From Acaryochloris marina MBIC11017 (GTDB taxonomy: Bacteria > Cyanobacteriota > Cyanobacteriia > Thermosynechococcales > Thermosynechococcaceae): a DNA stretch of 32,000 nt. The notes beneath the pieces are model-generated. The model was not told the origin of the DNA and did no database searches. It worked only from the letters and a program-made list of their open reading frames with translations. Positions 24,825 to 32,000 of the stretch are shown here, one piece after another. A program made the position numbers and the translations under genes. Positions within the stretch are counted from its first letter, which is position 1; every line of letters starts with the position of its first letter. The stretch covers positions 1,290,001 to 1,322,000 of the forward strand of contig NC_009925.1 in the NCBI RefSeq assembly GCF_000018105.1. Direction: 5' to 3'.

Positions 24825-25691
24825 ATGTTGGATAGAAACAATTTTCTTGGGTGGGCCAGAAAATTACGCGTTGCGCTACTGGTCGTTTTTTTGACGACAC
24901 TGTATGCTGCGTCTCCTCATGAAGCAGCGCACTCGGGGAATTTGCAGCAGCTTACACAAGTTCTTAATGAGGGAGTGAATGTTGACTCTCGCGATTCTTT
25001 CGGCGGCACCTCAAAGCATGGGGCACAGTTTCAAGACAATACCAGGATCGTCAAGCTGCTGATAGAAAAAGGATTTGATGTCAACGCTGTCGGCACCCGA
25101 AATGGCTATTCACCGTTATTCGACGCTGTCTGGGCAAACAATCTGTTCGCGACCAAACTGCTGCTGGAAGCCGGTACGAGACCAGATATGCACAACCTTG
25201 ACGCCCTGACCACCGAGCAGAAAGCGTTAGAGGGAAACAAACAGGAACTGGCCGAACTGTTCAAGGTTAGTCAAATCAACATTTATGATTTCAAGGCACG
25301 CAGCGAGTTGAGCCCCAACGACATTAAAGCTTTCGCTTATCAGTGGTTTGCCAATTTCGATCATCAAGTACCGATTGAGCGGCTTGTTCCGCATCTGGGG
25401 GACAACGTTGACATGGCCTTTCCCAATTTTCCTATCAGATCTGAAGCTGATTTTGCCCGCTGGTATCAGAGTGTCATCGACAATATTCAATGGAATAGCC
25501 ATGAAATATCCAACCTAAAGGTCTTAGGAGATCAGAGTTCCAGTTGGACTGTATCGATGGATATAAGATGGCGCGCCCGTACCTATGACGGAACACAGTA
25601 TGACGACGTGATCCATCAAAACTGGCAATTAGTGCGTTCAGACGACGGTACCATTGTCTTCAAACGCCACCGCGCCAGACTGGTCAAATAA
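24825..25691 (+). CDS. Signal-anchored ankyrin-repeat protein with a C-terminal NTF2-like-looking domain, 288 aa
   Basis: Hydrophobic N-terminus LRVALLVVFLTTLYAA. ANK-like repeats: PHEAAHSGNLQQLTQVLNEGVNVDSRD, NTRIVKLLIEKGFDVNA, SPLFDAVWANNLFATKLLLEAGTRPD. The C-terminal ~130 aa (IKAFAYQWFANFDHQ...WQLVRSDDGTIVFKRH) looks like an alpha+beta cone. Confidence 0.7.
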   Translation: MLDRNNFLGWARKLRVALLVVFLTTLYAASPHEAAHSGNLQQLTQVLNEGVNVDSRDSFGGTSKHGAQFQDNTRIVKLLIEKGFDVNAVGTRNGYSPLFDAVWANNLFATKLLLEAGTRPDMHNLDALTTEQKALEGNKQELAELFKVSQINIYDFKARSELSPNDIKAFAYQWFANFDHQVPIERLVPHLGDNVDMAFPNFPIRSEADFARWYQSVIDNIQWNSHEISNLKVLGDQSSSWTVSMDIRWRARTYDGTQYDDVIHQNWQLVRSDDGTIVFKRHRARLVK

Positions 25692-25693
25692 GA

Positions 25694-26038
25694 TTGGTGG
25701 TGAATGCGCGTGAGGTAAAAGCAGGCAATTCGGTCTTGGTCAAAGCGGCGAATGGAAGCTGGAGTAACTACCCGAAAGCACTGGTACAGGACAAAAGCTT
25801 GAGGTTTCCAACGGGGTTAAAGGCAGCACGAGCCAGAGGGCGGCTGGGAGGACGACCCAGCATAATGGATGTTTCTACCCTACTGATGGCGATGCGTGCC
25901 ATGAGTGACCCAAGGACGTGTGCCAAGGAGATCGCTCAGAAGCGTGGGATGACGACCGTAACTCTTTATACCTACGTTAATGGAGATGGCACTGCGAAGG
26001 TGGCTGGACAGCGATTACTTGATAGTCCAACTGGGTAA
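25694..26038 (+). pseudogene. Serine-recombinase (resolvase/invertase) C-terminal remnant; catalytic domain missing
   Basis: GLKAARARGRLGGRP followed by the HTH-like CAKEIAQKRGMTTVTLYTYV matches the E-helix end and HTH of Tn3-type resolvases. The N-terminal ~35 aa of the ORF show no resolvase catalytic motifs. Confidence 0.5.
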
Positions 26039-26052
26039 CGGCCAGAATTGCT

Positions 26053-26119
26053 CGCGAATGAGGGGAGACTCTATCTCAAAAACTCCAACTTTCTGTTCGA
26101 GTCCCCTCGCTTGTTCGCG
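26053..26119. terminator. Long imperfect hairpin between convergent genes
   Basis: Outer stem CGCGAA (26053-26058) / TTCGCG (26114-26119). Inner stem GAGGGGAGACTC (26060-26071) / GAGTCCCCTC (26099-26108), with a bulge. Confidence 0.45.
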
Positions 26120-26152
26120 TAGGTTCAACACAACTTATGAGTTCCTGGACAT

Positions 26153-26776
26153 TTAGGATGTCTGGTAATGGTCCAAAAACATTTCCACGGCAGCCTTGAC
26201 AGCCAAATTCCGTTCCCGTGCTGAGATAGGCTTCTGTCCTGCCATCAACTCTGGCCAGAATGCGATTTCCTTAATCAACCCACAGAACTGAGCGGCAGCC
26301 TTCTCTGGGTTGCTAATCTTTAAGCGGCCATCCTTAGTCCCTGCCTTAAAGAAAGTAATCATGTCCTGCCTCAGCCGGGCATGTGCCTTAAGGGTATTGT
26401 GTGCCCACTCAGGGGCCTGAATGAATCGAGAAATCACCACCCGCGACAGTTTCATGAAGTCCCTGCCAGTGATGGTCATAGCAAACGTTTTCCCAATTGC
26501 AAGCAACTGTTCATCCAAAGGCTTCTCTGCAGAATACTCGTGGGATGGCATCTCTCCCACTCGCTCCAATATCTCATCGATAATTGCCTGGAAGAGGTCG
26601 TCTTTGCTAGGGAAGTGATCATAGACCGTTCGTTTCGATACATTTGCCACCTTAGCAATTCGGTCCATACTCGTTCCCGAAAATCCATGTGACCAAAATT
26701 CTTCGGTTGCAGCCTCGATAACGGCTACTCGCTTCGGACTCTTTCGCCGAGCTTCTGTTTTTTGGCTAACAATCAT
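26153..26776 (-). CDS. TetR/AcrR-family transcriptional repressor, 207 aa
   Basis: N-terminal HTH: FWSHGFSGTSMDRIAKVANVSKRTVYDHFPSKDDLF. Confidence 0.92.
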   Translation of the reverse strand: MIVSQKTEARRKSPKRVAVIEAATEEFWSHGFSGTSMDRIAKVANVSKRTVYDHFPSKDDLFQAIIDEILERVGEMPSHEYSAEKPLDEQLLAIGKTFAMTITGRDFMKLSRVVISRFIQAPEWAHNTLKAHARLRQDMITFFKAGTKDGRLKISNPEKAAAQFCGLIKEIAFWPELMAGQKPISARERNLAVKAAVEMFLDHYQTS

Positions 26777-26815
26777 TTTTGTGGCCCCTATTTCTAAACT
26801 CTAAAGCGGCTTATT

Positions 26816-26831
26816 TACACTATACAGTGTA
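26816..26831. promoter_or_regulatory. TetR operator candidate O1 (imperfect 16-bp palindrome) 40 nt upstream of tetR
   Basis: TACACTATACAGTGTA: arms TACACT/AGTGTA with a 4-nt centre. Confidence 0.55.
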
Positions 26832-26900
26832 GTGCATCTTAAAAAATTAGAGGCGGTCAAAATCTCTCCCATTATAGCTTTCAAGCAGAATACATATTTA

Positions 26901-26955
26901 AACATCATCAATGATGTTGACAATAAAATTTAGCTACACTACACTGTACAGTGTA
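26901..26955 (+). promoter_or_regulatory. Sigma-70-type promoter of the ADH-ALDH operon with overlapping dyads (operator O2)
   Basis: -35 TTGACA (26917-26922), a 17-nt spacer, and -10 TACACT (26940-26945). The perfect 16-bp palindrome TACACTGTACAGTGTA (26940-26955) covers the -10. A second dyad AACATCAT-CA-ATGATGTT (26901-26918) abuts the -35. Confidence 0.6.
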
Positions 26956-27046
26956 ATAAAAACAAAGGTGGTCCGGGAAAGAGAAAGCCCAGCTAAACCC
27001 GCCAAGTGTGCAAAGCAACCTTCATCACCACGTAAGGACTTGAACC

Positions 27047-28282
27047 ATGTTGAAACGACTCACCAACCTTTCACTCAAAATGTTCACTGTGCTATTTCCT
27101 TCAGAGAAGCCGCTCCTATTCACTGGTGCCAATTCGACCATCCAGCTAGCATCCCTAGCCCAGGCATCTGGGAGCAAACGCCCCTTGCTTGTGACTGAGA
27201 AATTTTTACTGCAACTGGGACTTCTCGATGAGGTGCTTGAGTACTTCAAGAATGAAGGCTGCGAAGTCACCATCTTCGATGGCATTATTCCGAATCCCAC
27301 CTATGAGGTGATAGAAGAGGGCATACGAGCCTGCCAAAAGAACGACTGTGACAGTGTCTTTGCTGTAGGAGGTGGTTCTACCATTGACGCAGCCAAAGTG
27401 ATTGCCGCTTGCTACTCCAACGAAGTCGGTGTTGAACAAGTCGTGGGCTTACTAAAAGTCAAGAAGCCAACTCTGCCCTTCTACACGGTTCCAACAACGT
27501 CTGGTACTGGCTCAGAAGTGACCAATTCAGCCGTCATCTCCGAGACTACAACTCACCAGAAGAAGTTTGTTGTTGATCCAAAGCTGATTCCATCTGCTGC
27601 TGCCCTCGACGCGAACATGCTGAAGTCGTTGCCACCACATATTACGGCAGCAACCGGGATGGATGCTTTAACCCATGCAATTGAGTCCTACTCTTCCGTC
27701 AATCGATTCAGTGACGCTGAACGAGATGCCAAGCTGGCGATCAAACTGCTACTTGAGTATCTACCTGTTGTCTATGAAGACGAAAATAACCCTGAAGCTC
27801 GCCAATTGGTCGCCCTTGCCTCCTTCCTCGCTGGTTACTCGTTTAATAAGTCGGGCCTTGGCTATGTGCACGCGATTTCGCATCAGATCAGTGCTCACTA
27901 CAACACGCCGCACGGACTGACCAATGCCGTCATTCTGCCAAAAATCTTGCGATTCAACAAAACAGTTTGCGCAGACCGCTTTGCCAATCTGGAGCGCATG
28001 CTGAGTGGCACAAGTGCTGGCTCTGATGAGCAACTGGCCGACAGATTTATCGCCCGAGTCGATGCTTTAGGTCAGCAACTGAATATTCCTAGCGGGTTCA
28101 AAGAACTTGAGGCGAAGCACTTCGACGCGATTACCAGCAAGGCGCTCCTAGAAGCTAAGTCATTCTATGCCGTGCCAAGGCTGATGAACCGAGCACAGTG
28201 TAAAGAAATTCTCGCTTCAATCTCAGAAGGAGTTAAAGCCGAAAGTCCTATAACACAACAGCTTGCCTCCATCACTATTTAA
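27047..28282 (+). CDS. Iron-containing (group III) alcohol dehydrogenase, 411 aa
   Basis: GGGSTIDAAK, the PTTSGTGSE NAD-binding stretch, and metal histidines in DALTHAIES and HAISHQISAHYNTPHG. Confidence 0.92.
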   Translation: MLKRLTNLSLKMFTVLFPSEKPLLFTGANSTIQLASLAQASGSKRPLLVTEKFLLQLGLLDEVLEYFKNEGCEVTIFDGIIPNPTYEVIEEGIRACQKNDCDSVFAVGGGSTIDAAKVIAACYSNEVGVEQVVGLLKVKKPTLPFYTVPTTSGTGSEVTNSAVISETTTHQKKFVVDPKLIPSAAALDANMLKSLPPHITAATGMDALTHAIESYSSVNRFSDAERDAKLAIKLLLEYLPVVYEDENNPEARQLVALASFLAGYSFNKSGLGYVHAISHQISAHYNTPHGLTNAVILPKILRFNKTVCADRFANLERMLSGTSAGSDEQLADRFIARVDALGQQLNIPSGFKELEAKHFDAITSKALLEAKSFYAVPRLMNRAQCKEILASISEGVKAESPITQQLASITI

Positions 28283-28331
28283 CTGACGGCAGGCATCCTT
28301 TAACACTTATCCATTATGGAGAGATCTCAAC

Positions 28332-29816
28332 ATGAATACCCCAGTTGTTACCCCTGAGAATCGTCATGAAGTGCCGAATCGTTTTGTACCTCAACGTCAA
28401 GCTGTTCTGAAGGAAAAAACTATGAATCCCGAAGCCGAAGTTGCCATTACTGAACAAGAAATCCAAGAGCTAGTTAAAAACCAACGCCAGTATTTTCGGA
28501 GTAATGCCACGCTTCCAGTTGAGTTTCGTATTGAACAGCTAGAGAAGTTCCGGGATCTCATTCATCGCTATGAAGACGAACTCTACGCGGCCATTGATAA
28601 GGACTTCGGCAAGTCAAAGTATCATACTCAATTGACTGAAATCTTTCCTCTCTTCGAGGAGCTGGAGATAGCCATCAAAAACGTCAGGAAGTGGGTTAAG
28701 CCTCGAAAGGTTTCAACTAACCTTTTAAATCAACCCGGCAAGAGCTACATTGTGCCAGAGCCACTGGGCGTCACCCTAGTGATAGGGGCCTGGAACTTTC
28801 CTTACAACCTTTCTCTGGTTCCCGTTATTGGGTCTATGGTTGCAGGAAACACAACGATTCTCAAACCCAGTGAGCTGCCAGCAGAAACTAGCCGAGTAAT
28901 GGCGAAGCTAATTAATGAGAACTTTGACCCTAACTACTTAAGGGTGGTCGAAGGTGCTATCCCAGAAACGACGGCATTACTGAATCAACGCTTTGACAAG
29001 ATTTTCTTCACCGGCAGCCCCCAAGTTGGCAGAATCGTCAATCAGGCAGCGGCCCCACATCTAACCAACGTCACATTGGAGTTAGGTGGCAAGAACCCGG
29101 CTCTCTTCGCAGAGGATGCCGCAGTGGATGTTGGCGTCAAACGCCTCATTTGGTCAAAGTTCGTTAACTCTGGACAACTCTGTCTTGCCCCAGATTACGT
29201 TCTGGTTCACAAGAGCATCAAAGATAGAGTTCTTGAGCGAATGGTGCATGAAATCAAGAAGCATAACTATTCAGTGGAGAATAAGAACTTCGTCCGCATC
29301 ATCAATGCGCGAAACTTCGACCGGGTTGCCGCACTCATTGACCCTGATAAGGTCTACTACGGCGGCGAAACGAATCGGGAAGAACGTATCATTCAGCCAA
29401 CGGTGATGCATAACGTATCTGTCGACGATGCCGTCATGCAGGATGAAGTATTCGGACCTATTATTGCCGTTCTTGAGTATGAGACACTCGACGAGGCCTT
29501 TGAAATCATCAAAAGTTTCGAGAAGCCACTGGCTGGATACCTATTCTCCAACGACAAGACCACCAAGCAGCGTTTCCTGAGTGAGATTCCCTTCGGTAGC
29601 GGTGCCATCAATGACGCAGTGATGCAAATCACCAACTCCAACCTTCCCTTTGGAGGGGTCGGCAACAGTGGCATGGGCCGCTATCACGGTGAGTATAGCT
29701 TCGAGTGCTTCTCGCACTTAAAATCCATCCTGGAAAAAGCCAATTTCTTTGAATCCGACCTGAAGTACTACGGGCATTCTGATACTCAAATGAAGTGGAT
29801 TCGAGCGTTAAGTTGA
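28332..29816 (+). CDS. Aldehyde dehydrogenase, class-3-like (fatty/aromatic aldehyde type)
   Basis: GAWNFP, TLELGGKNP (catalytic Glu), GQLCLAPDY (catalytic Cys), EVFGP. The alternative start ATG 28422 would give the ~464 aa typical of ALDH3. Confidence 0.93.
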   Translation: MNTPVVTPENRHEVPNRFVPQRQAVLKEKTMNPEAEVAITEQEIQELVKNQRQYFRSNATLPVEFRIEQLEKFRDLIHRYEDELYAAIDKDFGKSKYHTQLTEIFPLFEELEIAIKNVRKWVKPRKVSTNLLNQPGKSYIVPEPLGVTLVIGAWNFPYNLSLVPVIGSMVAGNTTILKPSELPAETSRVMAKLINENFDPNYLRVVEGAIPETTALLNQRFDKIFFTGSPQVGRIVNQAAAPHLTNVTLELGGKNPALFAEDAAVDVGVKRLIWSKFVNSGQLCLAPDYVLVHKSIKDRVLERMVHEIKKHNYSVENKNFVRIINARNFDRVAALIDPDKVYYGGETNREERIIQPTVMHNVSVDDAVMQDEVFGPIIAVLEYETLDEAFEIIKSFEKPLAGYLFSNDKTTKQRFLSEIPFGSGAINDAVMQITNSNLPFGGVGNSGMGRYHGEYSFECFSHLKSILEKANFFESDLKYYGHSDTQMKWIRALS

Positions 29817-30098
29817 GAAGATCAATACCAATTCCCCCTTTGCGTTGTCGAGCAGCTCTGCCTCTAAGCAATAAGAGCACCCGACAGCGCATTTTCATGG
29901 AATACGGCCTAACTCGACTGAAGCTGAGATATCGCTCCAGTCATTTGAAGAAAAGGGTTGAGCCGAAACCGTAACTTACTGCTCAAATGCTCCCGCTGGT
30001 CCTTATTGAGTATTAGACTCTATAAGTGAGAAAAATTAATCCTAAAAGTCTTGTCAGTACTAACTTACAGCGATCCTGTGGGAGAAAATAGACGTATC

Positions 30099-30380
30099 TC
30101 AGCACAACCCCTCAATCAACTGCTGCCATTCTGTATGCCCTATCATGAGTTTTTTAGAGCAGCCCAAAGCATCTTTTCGTAATTGGGTCAGCATCTCTTG
30201 GGTTTGATTGTTCGCAATGGCTTTGCGTGCAGCTGTAAATAATAGGCCCCACTTTCGCTGCTGATTGTCGCCTTCTATGATATTGAGCTTGGCTCTGGCA
30301 TAAGAGAGAGTGTAGCTGTACCCATCAGATTGGTCTAAAGCGTTGACTAAGACTTGCCATTCGGGATGTCCCGTAGCCAT
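30099..30380 (-). CDS. Hypothetical 93-aa protein with similar 12-aa motifs at both termini
   Basis: The ORF has normal composition. GHPEWQVLVNAL near the N-terminus and GHTEWQQLIEGL near the C-terminus are 7/12 identical. No family was recognised. Confidence 0.4.
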   Translation of the reverse strand: MATGHPEWQVLVNALDQSDGYSYTLSYARAKLNIIEGDNQQRKWGLLFTAARKAIANNQTQEMLTQLRKDALGCSKKLMIGHTEWQQLIEGLC

Positions 30381-31590
30381 TCGTTGAAAGACTCCAGAGG
30401 TATCTTAATTAAGTCGAGCCAACATAGCGAGGGCTTCGTTATTTGCGATCGCAGCTTCTGCAGCCAGATACAGTTTCTCCAACCCCTGTTAATGGCTTGG
30501 GCTATTGATATCGTCTCCTAATCGTCTCCCTGCTCATCAGATGAGTGGCGGTTGCTACCCTCGTTACCCCCTCGCCAGTCTGCCCCTCGGGGGCTTGCTC
30601 CAGCAGTGCGCTTCGCGCGGCTACCAACAACAGCGCCGATAAAGGTACCACACAGCGGCTTTCTTGCAACCCCTCTGGTACTCCTGCTCTTCGCTTCGCT
30701 AGGTAGTGAGTCTGCGATCGCAAACCAGTATCAGGCTCCGCTGCGTTTAGTCCGTGTCCTCGCAAGCGGTTGGGGGCTGATATGGTTGTGCACTGCACTT
30801 TTTCCTTGGGGAGCACCCCATACCCCCGACCCAACCAGGGTGGCAACGCCGGGCAACATGTGGTTTCCAAAGAGCGTTGTTGCTGGTTATTCGCCATGCT
30901 TCTTCAGTTGTTTCTATTCGTTTTTATAGGGGTTACCATGCTGACTTTGCTTCGTTCTCCCACGCCTTCCGTCCAGTTGCCTTCAGCCATGCCTTCTGGG
31001 GCTTGGTCTTGCTGCTTCTTGCGGTTGTCCGGGTCGGGCTGGGCCGAGTTAGCGGGGGTTCCTGTGGCCTCTGTCGATCCGGCGGTGGCTAAGCTCCAGG
31101 CCATGGGGGCGTCTCGGGTCTCTGTGGTGTCTTCTGGTGCCCAGTTGTGCGTCATTCGGTTTCAGGCTCAGCGGTCGGTGTTGCTGGAGTTATCCAATGC
31201 ATTTCCCAGTGCTTGCCGGGTGGCTTAGTTCGGTTTGGGTCGGGACCTTTGGGCCTCGGCCCTTTTTTTATTGGCTGGTATCCTGAAGAAGCAAGAAAGG
31301 GTCTGGTGTTCAGCCGCTTCCGTTTCACTGCAGCCGCTTCACCGATGTTGCCAACATTAAGGGCACCGCTGTCACTCCGTTCCACCCGTGCCTCGGTGGG
31401 AAGCACAGCCTATCGAGAAACTACACTGGCGCTCATTCCGCGCCGACGGGCAATTCTAGCTCCGCTCATTGCAATCGCTCCGCTATGCTCACCCTAGGGC
31501 GCTCCATTCGCTGAGTTAAGAGGGAAAGTGGGAGAAGAGCGAGAGGGTAAGGGTTTACGGGATTTGGGTTGTGTATCAATGATTTCACAT

Positions 31591-32000
31591 CTAAAGCAGT
31601 GTCAGCTGCTCACTCTGTAACCATGATGGGATATCGATCTCTGCCAGTGGGTGCAGTTTTACTGGGATTCCCAGACCAACCGCTAGGGCAATTGTCCCCC
31701 AAGTTCCTGATCCAGCAGCTCCTGTGGGCCAACTTCGACTCGGTATCAACTGGTGTGGGGCAGGCTTGTTCGGCCAAGCGTGGAGTGTACCCACTGCTGT
31801 TGCGAGTGCCTTAATCATGCGAGTGCTGCGTTCTACCCCCTGGGCGCGGTGGGGTAACTCAGATCGTTTCTCATAGATCTGTAAATTCAGATGATGGGTT
31901 TGACCTATAGATCGAGCCAGTTTATCTAAACCAGAAGCATCCCCAACTAGCCAGTTTGGATAAATCTTCAATCTCTGTAAGTCACTCAAAGCCTTGGTCC
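31591..32000 (-). CDS. DUF2493/SLOG-like (DprA-like Rossmann) protein, partial; the frame stays open to the window edge
   Basis: LVGDASGLDKLARSIG, GVERSTRMI and SGTWGTIALAVGLGIPV parallel my recollection of the DUF2493 pattern (GGA.GAD.LA..WA, GP.RN..M, RGT..M...A...G.PV). There is no stop between the track TTG start (31989) and position 32000. Confidence 0.35.
   Translation of the reverse strand, partial: TKALSDLQRLKIYPNWLVGDASGLDKLARSIGQTHHLNLQIYEKRSELPHRAQGVERSTRMIKALATAVGTLHAWPNKPAPHQLIPSRSWPTGAAGSGTWGTIALAVGLGIPVKLHPLAEIDIPSWLQSEQLTLL

Noticed and set aside
26097-26108. tRNA T-arm-like TTCGAGTCCCC
   Set aside because: The flanking bases do not form the T stem, and no acceptor, D or anticodon arms can be drawn. 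It is part of the long hairpin at 26053-26119.
30533-30545. Hammerhead-ribozyme-like CUGAUGAG on the minus strand
   Set aside because: The match is a by-product of the palindrome CTCATCAGATGAG. I found no downstream GAAA core, no stem II/III arrangement and no cleavage-site triplet.
31251-31269. Terminator-like GGGC-CTCG-GCCC plus T7 after the plus-strand ORF 30770-31228
   Set aside because: The stem is only 4 bp. It could equally be coding sequence (KKGPRPKG) of the minus-strand candidate ORF, so it is too weak to call.
30502-31497. Track ORFs 30502-30897(-), 30552-30929(+), 30770-31228(+), 30877-31092(+), 30904-31155(-), 31147-31497(+) and 31152-31406(-) as CDS features
   Set aside because: They are mutually overlapping on both strands in 65 percent GC DNA. 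My hand count found no codon-phase GC signal, and the products lack motifs. I kept them only as hypotheses inside the finding on 30500-31560.

Overview
This is a cyanobacterial chromosomal segment. It carries HLIP genes, HLR1-type promoter repeats and five exact HIP1 octamers GCGATCGC (at 15444, 15876, 21620, 30445, 30714). All product calls come from motif recognition by eye; no searches were run. No rRNA, tRNA or CRISPR array was seen.

Layout:
(i) 1-4420: a compact high-light/photoprotection cluster. It holds two tandem hli genes, a group-2-like sigma-70 factor, a 65-aa PGR5-like gene and ftsH. Phased (G/T)TTACA repeats sit upstream of three of them.
(ii) 4.7-8.7 kb: an MGS-like/DAG-kinase fusion, a lipoprotein and a secreted Ca-binding-repeat protein. 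The spacers contain several hairpin or MITE-like repeats.
(iii) 9.0-12.56 kb: a visibly more GC-rich block. It holds an HSL-type esterase, an NTF2-like gene split by an IS630 element with a TA duplication, and an SDR.
(iv) 12.6-29.8 kb: an accessory island of small-molecule redox and hydrolase genes. It holds three Cys-elbow alpha/beta-hydrolase paralogues (one a remnant), four of the window's five NTF2/SnoaL-like ORFs, an AKR, an SDR (a second SDR lies in block iii), an F420-type NADP-reductase-like gene, Fe-ADH, ALDH and an LtrA-like membrane protein. These are wired to AraC, LysR and TetR regulators. A second IS630 transposase and a resolvase remnant are also present.
(v) 30.5-31.56 kb: a ~1 kb very GC-rich, strongly strand-skewed stretch in which I cannot support any gene. 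It is followed by a partial DUF2493/SLOG-like gene that runs off the window.

I did not find a clear novel multi-gene system. Block (v) is the most likely place for something undescribed.
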